This document shows, one piece after another, positions 36,007 to 43,688 of a DNA stretch of 48,177 bases. The stretch comes from Planctomycetota bacterium. Lineage in GTDB: Bacteria > Planctomycetota > UBA1135 > UBA2386. The number at the start of each line of letters is the position of its first letter. Position 1 is the stretch's first letter. The stretch spans positions 1 to 48,177 of the forward strand of contig JBEITC010000001.1 in NCBI GenBank assembly GCA_040375075.1, given 5' to 3'. The position numbers were made by a program, and so were the translations under genes. The notes under the pieces were generated by a model, which was given only the letters and a program-made list of their open reading frames with translations, had not been told where the DNA came from and searched no databases.

Positions 36007-37206
36007 CTACTCCACGACCTGCACGGGCGTTTCGGGCGACATGCCCGTCGCTTCCGCGACGACGCGATCGCCGACGGCCACGCCGCGGACGACCTCGACC
36101 GCCTCGCCCACCGACCGACCGAGCTCGACCAGCACGCCCTTGGCGCGCAGCGTGCCGTCCTTGTCCTTGGCGACCGTGAACACGCGCTCGACGCCGGCGA
36201 AGCTCACCACCGCCGCGCGCGGCACGGTGACGACCGGCGCGGCCGCCGCGACGACGATGCGGGCCCGGCAGAACGCGCCCGGCAACAGCGCGCCGTCGGC
36301 GTTCTGCACCTCTGCCTCGACGAGGCGCGTGCGGTCGCCCCGGTCGATCGCCGGGCCGGTGCGCACCACCTTGCCGACGCGCTCGACGGCGTCGGCGCCA
36401 TCGACGGTGAACTCGACCGACTGACCGGAGGCGATGCCGAAGGCGAGGCGGTCCGGCACGCGCAGCCGCAGCCGCAGCGGATCGACCCGCAGCAGGGTGA
36501 CGACCGGAGCGCCGCCTTGCACGACCTGGCCGACGGCGACCTGGCGCATGGCGACGCGGCCCGGCCAAGGCGCTGTGACCGAGGCGTCGCGTCGCCGCTT
36601 GTGCGCCTGCGCCAGTTCGATGCGGCGCAGCTTGGCGTCGGCGATCCAGGTGCGGACGTCGTCGCGCGCGCGGCGCAGCCGGTTCTCGGCGACGGCGAGC
36701 GCTGCGGTGGCGACCTCCAGTTGCGACGACGCCTGCAGCGAGCCTTCGACGAGCTTGACGACGCGCTCGCGGTTGAGCCGCGCCTCGACCACCACGGCCT
36801 CGGCTTCGCGCACGCTCGGCGCCTGCTCGACGTCGAACGCGGCGGGATCGGCGCCGGCGGCAAGCCCGAGGCGGGCGTCGGCGGCGCCCATCGTCGCCTC
36901 GGCGCGTTCGATCGCGAGGTCGAACTCGCGGGGATCGAGCGTCGCGATCACGTCGCCGGCCGCGACCACGTCGCCGACGTCGACCCCGAGCCACGAAATG
37001 CGGCCGCCGACCTCGAGGCCGAGCACGAGTTCTTCCTGGGCGGCGAGCACGCCGCTGACGGCGACCTTGCTCGGCAGCGAGGCCTCGGCGGCGGCGACGA
37101 GACGAACCGTCTTGGACGCACGCGGCGCGGCGACCGCGCCCTCCGACGTGCCTCGCCCGCACGCGGCGAAGGCGGCCGCGAGCACGATCCCGAGGCGGCG
37201 AGCCAT
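36007..37206 (-). CDS. RND efflux periplasmic adaptor (membrane fusion protein), lipoprotein (399 aa)
   Basis: Starts MARRLGIVLAAAFAACG (lipobox). Barrel-sandwich and coiled-coil pattern (GGRISWLGVDVGDVVAAGDVIATLDPREFDLAIERAEA...). The ATG at 37206 shares a base with the TGA of the upstream ATP-grasp gene. Confidence 0.85.
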   Translation of the reverse strand: MARRLGIVLAAAFAACGRGTSEGAVAAPRASKTVRLVAAAEASLPSKVAVSGVLAAQEELVLGLEVGGRISWLGVDVGDVVAAGDVIATLDPREFDLAIERAEATMGAADARLGLAAGADPAAFDVEQAPSVREAEAVVVEARLNRERVVKLVEGSLQASSQLEVATAALAVAENRLRRARDDVRTWIADAKLRRIELAQAHKRRRDASVTAPWPGRVAMRQVAVGQVVQGGAPVVTLLRVDPLRLRLRVPDRLAFGIASGQSVEFTVDGADAVERVGKVVRTGPAIDRGDRTRLVEAEVQNADGALLPGAFCRARIVVAAAAPVVTVPRAAVVSFAGVERVFTVAKDKDGTLRAKGVLVELGRSVGEAVEVVRGVAVGDRVVAEATGMSPETPVQVVE

Positions 37207-38423
37207 CACCCGGCCACCACCGTCAGGTCGTTGACGAAGCGCTCCGACATCTCGAGGGTCTGGGCGAGGTCCGGGTGGCGGACGACGATCCAGCCGTCGC
37301 CGACGACGACCTTGCGCCAGTCGCGCTTCTGCTCGCCGATCGGCGTCAGCTCGATCGTGGCGACGTGCGGGCCATAGCGGCGCATGAGCTCGGCGAGGCC
37401 GCGGTGCTCCTTGACCGTGCCCTCGCCCTGGCCGCGCTTGAAGATCATCGAGCTGTTGTACTTCTTGGTGACGTCCTGGCTCAGCCGCCCGAAGCACGCG
37501 GCCTCGGCCCAGCCGGCGAACAGGTCGACGTCGCACGAGTAGTTCATCGCGTGCACGAGGCGCGCGCCGGCGGGCCGGCCGCCGATCTCGCCGAACACGG
37601 CCTCGCCCTTCGCCGTGCGGAACCACTCCATGTGCGTGAAGCCGGTGCCGAAGCCCAAGGCCTTGATCACGGCGCGCCCGAGCTCGACGCCCGGCCGCGG
37701 CAGGTCCTGGTCCAGGTCGCGCAGGACGATGTTCTGCATCGAGATCCACGGGCTCTGCGCCAGCACCATGGGCTTGGGCCGGTACCACGCGACGCTCTCG
37801 AACAGGATGCGGCCGTCGACGCACACCGTGTCGTACGTCAGCTCCTCGCCCTCGATGAACTCCTCCACCGAGAGCACGTCGATGTGGCGGACCTTCTCCA
37901 GCGCCGCCGCGAACTCCGCCTTGTCGTTGCAGCGGTACGTGTCCTTGCTGCCGGCGCCGTCGATCGGCTTGACGATCGCCGGGTAGCCGATGCGCTCGAC
38001 GTGCGCCCAGGCTTCCTTGGCGGTGTGGGCCTTGCCGTGGCGCGGCACGCGCAGGCCGGCCTTCTCGACCGCCTGCTTCATCGTCTCCTTGTCGCGGAAC
38101 ACCTCGGTCTGGGCCTTGCTCATGCCCGGCAGGCCGAAGCGCTCGCGCAGCGTCGCCGCGAGGTACATCAGCCGCTCCCACAGGCACTCGACGCGATCGA
38201 CCGAGCGGCCGCGCAGCCAGGCGTGGATCTCCTCGGCGGCCTTCTTCTCGTCGCCGAACGACGACACCTGCAGATAGTCCGTCAACGCCTCGCGCGCCTC
38301 GACGGGCAAGGCGGCCGCGGGCTGGTCGCCGACGCCGAGGACCTTGGCGCCGACCTTGGCGAGCCCGCGCACGAACAGCGGCATCTCGGCGGGGAAACCG
38401 GGACTGAGGAAGACGACGTTCAT
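37206..38423 (-). CDS. ATP-grasp ligase, paralog 1 (405 aa)
   Basis: ORF 37206..38534 trimmed to MNVVFLSPGFPAE. ATP-grasp motifs present: FRDKETMK, GYPAIVKPIDGAGSKD, VEEFIEGEE, THMEWF, FGEIGGRPAG. Confidence 0.8.
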   Translation of the reverse strand: MNVVFLSPGFPAEMPLFVRGLAKVGAKVLGVGDQPAAALPVEAREALTDYLQVSSFGDEKKAAEEIHAWLRGRSVDRVECLWERLMYLAATLRERFGLPGMSKAQTEVFRDKETMKQAVEKAGLRVPRHGKAHTAKEAWAHVERIGYPAIVKPIDGAGSKDTYRCNDKAEFAAALEKVRHIDVLSVEEFIEGEELTYDTVCVDGRILFESVAWYRPKPMVLAQSPWISMQNIVLRDLDQDLPRPGVELGRAVIKALGFGTGFTHMEWFRTAKGEAVFGEIGGRPAGARLVHAMNYSCDVDLFAGWAEAACFGRLSQDVTKKYNSSMIFKRGQGEGTVKEHRGLAELMRRYGPHVATIELTPIGEQKRDWRKVVVGDGWIVVRHPDLAQTLEMSERFVNDLTVVAG

Positions 38424-38442
38424 GGCTTGGGCAGGGCTCGGT

Positions 38443-39669
38443 TCAGGCGGTTTCGACGCGGACGGTGCGGACGACGTGCTGGACGGCGCGTTCGACGACG
38501 GCGGTGTCCGGGTGGCGACAGAGCACGTAGCCATCGCCTTCGTAGGTGGCGGCCTTCGGCTTGCCGACCTGCGGCTCCTTGACCTCCACGGCGACGTCGC
38601 CGAGCTCGGCGCGCACGGCGTCGAGGCCGTGCACGGCGCGGATCACGGCCTCGGGACCGCCCCCCTGGCCGCGCAGGTAGGCGGCGCCGGCGGCGAAGCG
38701 CCGCGGCGGCGGCACGAAGGTCTCGAAGACCATCAGCTCGGCGAACGCGCGGTACATGTCGACGTCGGTCACGAGGCTCATCAACGTCATGAACTGCGCG
38801 CCCGGCGGCCGCGCGGCGACCTCGCCGATGGCGATGCTGCCGTCGGCGCGGCGGAACCACTCCATGTGCGACATGCCGTTCCACATGCCGAGCATGCTGA
38901 GCGCGCGCGGACCGACGCGATGGATGTCGGCGAACTCCGGCCCCGACAGGTCGCGCGGCAGCACCACGGCCCATTGGATCCACGGGTTCTCCATCACCTG
39001 CAGCGGCGTCGGGTGGTAGCAGCAGACGTTGTGGAAGACGTGGCGGCCGTGCAGCGTGACCGAGTCGAACGAGAACTCGCGGCCGGTGACGAACTCCTCG
39101 AGCAGCACGCCGCGGCCCGGCGCCGGCCGCAGGGCGCGCACGAACTCGGCGAGCGCCGTCTGGTCGTCGAGCCGCGACGTCGCCTTGGCGCCGGCCCCCG
39201 CCGGCGGCTTGTCGACGACCGGGAAGCCGACCTCGCGCACGAAGGCCTCCGCGTCCGCCAGCGAGGCGCACAGCCGGTGGCGCGCGCACGGCACGTCGTC
39301 CGCGGCGAACAGGTCCTTCATGCGCGACTTGTCGCGGAAGTTGCGGGCCGTCTGCGCGTCCATGCCGCGGATGCGCAGCTGCTCGCGCACCGCCGCCAGC
39401 GACTCCTGCAGCGGCTCGAGGATGCCGAGCAGGCGCGTGACCGGGCCGCAGCGCGCCCCGAGCCGCTCGACCGCGGCGGCCAGCAGGTCGGGCTTCAGCG
39501 CGTCGACGACACGCTCGTACCCGGCCGCCGCCTCGCGCAGATCGGGTGGGAACCGATCGATCGGATCCTGCGACACGAGGCTCAGTCGCACCCCCGGCAG
39601 CGCCGCCGCGGCGCGCGCGAAGCGAAGCGTGTTCTCCATCGCGAACGGGATCACGAAGCAGACGTGCAT
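38443..39669 (-). CDS. ATP-grasp ligase, paralog 2 (408 aa)
   Basis: ORF 38443..39930 trimmed to MHVCFVIPFAMENT (ATG at 39669). Motifs FRDKSRMK, GFPVVDKPPAGAGAKA, LEEFVTGRE, SHMEWF, IGEVAARPPG are collinear with paralogs 1 and 3. Confidence 0.8.
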   Translation of the reverse strand: MHVCFVIPFAMENTLRFARAAAALPGVRLSLVSQDPIDRFPPDLREAAAGYERVVDALKPDLLAAAVERLGARCGPVTRLLGILEPLQESLAAVREQLRIRGMDAQTARNFRDKSRMKDLFAADDVPCARHRLCASLADAEAFVREVGFPVVDKPPAGAGAKATSRLDDQTALAEFVRALRPAPGRGVLLEEFVTGREFSFDSVTLHGRHVFHNVCCYHPTPLQVMENPWIQWAVVLPRDLSGPEFADIHRVGPRALSMLGMWNGMSHMEWFRRADGSIAIGEVAARPPGAQFMTLMSLVTDVDMYRAFAELMVFETFVPPPRRFAAGAAYLRGQGGGPEAVIRAVHGLDAVRAELGDVAVEVKEPQVGKPKAATYEGDGYVLCRHPDTAVVERAVQHVVRTVRVETA

Positions 39670-39790
39670 GCGACGCCAGACGGTAGCCAGCCAGCGCGCC
39701 TCCTGCCACGACGAGCCTTCGGGCTGGGCCACAGTCCGCAGGCGCGCCTTTGCCGTGGCACCTGGCCGCAGTGCGTGCCAACATCCGCGC

Positions 39791-41266
39791 ATGCGTCCGC
39801 TGCGCCTCGCCCTCTGCGCATCCGAAGTCGCGCCGTTCGCCAAGACCGGCGGCCTCGCCGACGTGCTGCTCGGCCTCGGCCGGTGGCTCGGCCGCAAGGC
39901 CCCAGCCGGCCCCGGCCACGACGTGCGCATCTTCCTGCCCTACTACAAGAAGATCGCCGCGTCCGGCCTCGCGACGACGCCGCTCGCCGGGGCGCAGGAC
40001 ATCGAGGTGCGCTTCCCGTCCCGCACGATCCGCTTCTCGATCCGCACGGCGCCGCTGCCGCAGAGCGACGTGCTCGCGCACTTCGTCGACTGCAAGGAGC
40101 TCTACGACCGCGACGGCATCTACACCGAGGATGGCGACGAAGCGCTGCGCTTTGGCCTGCTGTCGCGCGCGGTCCTGGAGACCTGCCAGCGGCTGCAGTG
40201 GGCGCCCGACGTCGTGCACTGCAACGACTGGCACACCGGCCTGCTGCCGCTGTACCTGCGCACGGTCTACGCCTGGGACCGGCTGTTCGCCGCCACCAAG
40301 ACCGTCCTGACGATCCACAACATCGGCTACCAGGGCCTGTTCGACGCCGCCCAGCTCGACGTGCTCGGCCTCGGCGACCAGCGCGCGCACGTGCACCACG
40401 GCGACCTGCGCGACGGCAAGGTGTCGTTCCTCAAGACCGGCGTGCTGCACGCCGGTCGGCTGACCACGGTGTCGAAGACCTACGCCCGCGAGATCCAGAC
40501 CGCCGAGTTCGGCATGGGCATGGACGAACTGCTGCGGCAGCGCGGCAGCGAACTGGTCGGCATCGTCAACGGCGTCGACTACGGCGAGTGGAGCCCCGCC
40601 GACGACCCGCGCATCCCGCACCACTACACCGCCGACGACCTCGCCGGGAAGGCGAAGATGAAGGCGGCGATGCTGCAGCGCTTCCAGCTGCCGCACGACC
40701 CGCGCGCGCCGGTGTTCGGCGTCGTGTCGCGCCTCACCGCGCAGAAGGGCTTCGAGCTGTTCGCCGACTCGATCCCGGTGTTCCTGCAGCGCGAAGACAT
40801 GCGCCTGTGCGTGCTCGGGTCGGGCGACGACAAGCACGAGAGCTACTTCCAGTGGCTGCGCGACACCTGGCCGAAGAAGGTCGGCGTCTACCGCGGCTTC
40901 CAGGAAGACCTCGCGCACTGGATCGAGGCCGGCAGCGACGTCTTCCTGATGCCGAGCCGCTTCGAGCCGTGCGGGCTCAACCAGATGTACAGCCTGCGCT
41001 ACGGCACGCCGCCGATCGTGCGGCGCACCGGCGGGCTCGCCGACACCGTCGAAGCGTGGAACCCGGACACCCGCACGGGCACCGGCTTCCTGTTCGACGA
41101 CTTCAGCAGCCAGGCGCTCGCCGGCACGATCGACTGGGCGCTGCGCAACTGGCGCGACCAGAAGGGCTGGCAGCAGCTGATGAAGAACGGCATGCAGAAG
41201 GACTTCTCGTGGGACCGCCAAGGCCCCGAGTACGTAGCCCTCTACCGCGCCCTGACCGGTCTGTGA
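39791..41266 (+). CDS. glgA: GT5 glycogen/starch synthase-like alpha-glucan synthase (491 aa)
   Basis: ORF 39029..41266 trimmed to MRPLRLALCASEVAPFAKTGGLADV (KTGGL motif). Also HCNDWHTGL, TVSKTYAREI, SRLTAQKG and PSRFEPCGLNQMY. Confidence 0.9.
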   Translation: MRPLRLALCASEVAPFAKTGGLADVLLGLGRWLGRKAPAGPGHDVRIFLPYYKKIAASGLATTPLAGAQDIEVRFPSRTIRFSIRTAPLPQSDVLAHFVDCKELYDRDGIYTEDGDEALRFGLLSRAVLETCQRLQWAPDVVHCNDWHTGLLPLYLRTVYAWDRLFAATKTVLTIHNIGYQGLFDAAQLDVLGLGDQRAHVHHGDLRDGKVSFLKTGVLHAGRLTTVSKTYAREIQTAEFGMGMDELLRQRGSELVGIVNGVDYGEWSPADDPRIPHHYTADDLAGKAKMKAAMLQRFQLPHDPRAPVFGVVSRLTAQKGFELFADSIPVFLQREDMRLCVLGSGDDKHESYFQWLRDTWPKKVGVYRGFQEDLAHWIEAGSDVFLMPSRFEPCGLNQMYSLRYGTPPIVRRTGGLADTVEAWNPDTRTGTGFLFDDFSSQALAGTIDWALRNWRDQKGWQQLMKNGMQKDFSWDRQGPEYVALYRALTGL

Positions 41267-41300
41267 TCCCGATCGGCCCCTGAACCCGAGCCGCCACGCC

Positions 41301-42521
41301 ATGCACGTCGTCCTGATCGAACCCTGCTTCCCGAAGAACCAGCGCGAGTTCCTGCGCGGCCTGCTGAGCACCGGCGCGCGCGTGTCGGCGATCAGCGAGC
41401 GGCCGCCCGAGGCGTTGCCGCCGGAGCTGCGCGACGACCTCTTCCAGTACGAGCGCGTCCGCTCGGTCGTCGACGAGCACGCGCTCGCCGAGGCGTGCAA
41501 GCGGCTCGCGCTGCGCGCCCGCATCGACCGCCTCGAAGCGACCGTCGAAGCGCACGTGATGGCCGCCGCGCACGTGCGCGAGCAGCTCGGCATCCACGGC
41601 ACCACGTCGAAGACGGCGTGGCTGTGCCGCGACAAGCCGGCGATGAAGGAAGCCGTGCGCGCCGCCGGCCTCGGCTGCGCCGCCAGCGCGCGCGTGCGCA
41701 CGGTCGCCGACGCCGAGGCGTTCGCCAAGGCCAACGGCTACCCGTTGATCCTCAAGCCGATCGACGGCGCCGGCGCCTCGGGCGCCACCAAGTGCGACGA
41801 CGACGCGGGCCTGCGTGCTGCGTGCGAGCAGCTCAAGGTCGGCAGCGGCCGCGAGGTCGCGATCGAGGAGTACCTCGAAGGCCACGAAGGCTTCTACGAC
41901 ACGGTCTCCGTCAACGGGAAGGTCGTACTCGACTTCGTCAGCCACTACTACCCCAACGTGCTGGAGGCGATGCGGACGCGCTGGATCAGCCCGCAGATCG
42001 TCGTCAGCAACCGGATCGAGCAGGACAGCTACAAGGAGCTGCGCGCGTTCGGCCAGAAGGTCGTCTCGGCGCTCGGCATCTGGACGTCGCCGACGCACAT
42101 GGAGTGGTTCTTCGGCCAGAAGGGCCTGAAGTTCTCCGAGATCGGCTGCCGGCCGCCGGGTGTCGGCGTCTGGGACCTGTACTGCGCGGCCAACGAGTTC
42201 GACCTCTACGCCGCCTGGGCGCACGCGATCGTGCACGAGCAGGTGCCGTTCCAGCCGAGCCGCAAGTACTCGGCCGGCATGATCGCGCTGCGACCGGACA
42301 AGGACGGCGTCATCTCGCACTACGACGGCTGGGACCGCTTCCAGCAGCAGCACGGCGAGTGGATCCTCGACAGCCACCTGCCGCCGGCCGGCACGCCGAC
42401 GCAGGGCGTCGAGGCCGGCTACATGGCCAACGCCTACGTGCGCATGCGCCACCCCGACTTCGACCAGTTGCGCGCGCTGTTGAACGCCTGCGGCGAACAG
42501 GTGAAGGTGAAGGCCCGATGA
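41301..42521 (+). CDS. ATP-grasp ligase, paralog 3 (406 aa)
   Basis: Starts MHVVLIEPCFPKN. Motifs CRDKPAMK, GYPLILKPIDGAGASG, IEEYLEGHE, THMEWF, FSEIGCRPPG. Begins 34 nt after glgA. Confidence 0.85.
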   Translation: MHVVLIEPCFPKNQREFLRGLLSTGARVSAISERPPEALPPELRDDLFQYERVRSVVDEHALAEACKRLALRARIDRLEATVEAHVMAAAHVREQLGIHGTTSKTAWLCRDKPAMKEAVRAAGLGCAASARVRTVADAEAFAKANGYPLILKPIDGAGASGATKCDDDAGLRAACEQLKVGSGREVAIEEYLEGHEGFYDTVSVNGKVVLDFVSHYYPNVLEAMRTRWISPQIVVSNRIEQDSYKELRAFGQKVVSALGIWTSPTHMEWFFGQKGLKFSEIGCRPPGVGVWDLYCAANEFDLYAAWAHAIVHEQVPFQPSRKYSAGMIALRPDKDGVISHYDGWDRFQQQHGEWILDSHLPPAGTPTQGVEAGYMANAYVRMRHPDFDQLRALLNACGEQVKVKAR

Positions 42522-42892
42522 TCCCCCGCTCTGCCCGTTCCCTCCTCGCCACCGCCGGGCTCGCCGTTCTCGGCGGCTGCGCTGTCGGCGCCCACAAGCG
42601 CGTCGATGGCCGTGAGTTCGCGCGCCTGTGCGACACCGCCGCGTCGACGACGCGCGCGACGACCTGGATCGGCCGCACCGGCGACCGCGCCTACATCGAG
42701 GTCTGGTACGGCGGCGCCTGGTGGATCGGCGGCGGCGTCGACGTGTGCAGCGTGCTGCTCGCCGACCTGCCCGTGCCGGTGCGCGAGGCGATCCAGCGCG
42801 GCCAGGATCCGACGACGCTGCCGAAGGACGCGCTGATGCCGCCACCGGCGCCGCGCAAGCCCGAGGCCGCCGCCGCCGCCGACGGCGAGTGA
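42518..42892 (+). CDS. small lipoprotein of unknown function (124 aa)
   Basis: Last 124 codons of ORF 41495..42892: MIPRSARSLLATAGLAVLGGCAV (lipobox LGGC). The ATG at 42518 forms an ATGA overlap with the stop of ATP-grasp paralog 3. Confidence 0.6.
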   Translation: MIPRSARSLLATAGLAVLGGCAVGAHKRVDGREFARLCDTAASTTRATTWIGRTGDRAYIEVWYGGAWWIGGGVDVCSVLLADLPVPVREAIQRGQDPTTLPKDALMPPPAPRKPEAAAAADGE

Positions 42893-42908
42893 GCGACCGC
42901 GCGGTCGA

Positions 42909-43640
42909 CTAGGCGTCTGCCAGGCGGAAACGCTGCACGCCCACGCCGAGCGCGCGCATGGCCGCCGCACCGACGAAGTCCGGTCCCGGCGAGACGTCGA
43001 GCATCGACCACTTCGCCGCGTCCTCCTTGCCGTCGCGGATCGCGACGAAGCGCGGCTCCTCGCACAGGCTGACGTCGAAGACGTCGAGCGGCATCGACAG
43101 GCCTTCGCCGAGCGCCTTGATGTAGGCCTCCTTGCGCGTCCAGCAGCGATAGAACGCCAGCTCGCGCGCATCGCCCTGCAGCGCGTCGAGCGCCGCGAAC
43201 TCCGACGGCGAGAAGTGCTTGCGCGCGATCTCGGTCAGGCTGTCGAGGCGGCGGACCTTCTCGACGTCGAGGCCGACCTCGGTCTTCGACACGCCGATCA
43301 GCGCCAGCTTGCCGCTGTGCGAGAGGTTGAAGTGCGGCCCGGCGGCGGCGAGGTACGGCTTGCCGCGCGGACCGGCGGTGAACTCGACGTCGGCAGGTCC
43401 GCAGCCGAGGTAGCCGGCGAGGATCAGCCGCAGCGCGCCGTGGCCGATCTGGTAGCGACGGCGGTGGTCGGCGAAGTGGAAGCGGCTGAGCCGCTGGTTC
43501 TCCGCCTTCGAAAGGTGGGCGCCGAGCCGCTCCGGATCACCGGTCAGCGGCACGGCCCACACGTGCAACGCGCCATCGCCGAGGGTCTGCCCGCCGACGC
43601 GGGCCGTGGCGAAGGTGTCGTGCAGGGCAAGCTCATCCAT
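42909..43640 (-). CDS. 4'-phosphopantetheinyl transferase, Sfp type (243 aa)
   Basis: FNLSHSG, GLDVEK and WTRKEAYIKALG correspond to the three conserved PPTase motifs. Confidence 0.85.
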   Translation of the reverse strand: MDELALHDTFATARVGGQTLGDGALHVWAVPLTGDPERLGAHLSKAENQRLSRFHFADHRRRYQIGHGALRLILAGYLGCGPADVEFTAGPRGKPYLAAAGPHFNLSHSGKLALIGVSKTEVGLDVEKVRRLDSLTEIARKHFSPSEFAALDALQGDARELAFYRCWTRKEAYIKALGEGLSMPLDVFDVSLCEEPRFVAIRDGKEDAAKWSMLDVSPGPDFVGAAAMRALGVGVQRFRLADA

Positions 43641-43688
43641 GGGGCACGAGCAGCCTAGCCGCTCGCCGCCGTTCGGGAAGCCGGCCGA

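Noticed and set aside
39670-39790. Repeated GCGCGCCT..TGCC elements (39694-39707 and 39742-39754) and a TGCCACG/CGTGGCA inverted pair in the divergent ATP-grasp/glgA intergenic region, as possible operator sites.
   Set aside because: Short, GC-only matches are expected by chance at this base composition. This is worth a motif search across orthologous regions but is not supportable as a feature.
38344-41734. 979-aa plus ORF (38344..41283) and 1104-aa minus ORF (38420..41734) spanning the ATP-grasp/glgA region.
   Set aside because: Both are Arg/Ala-rich artefacts. The same DNA encodes ATP-grasp paralog 2, GlgA and ATP-grasp paralog 3 in other frames, all with clear catalytic motifs.
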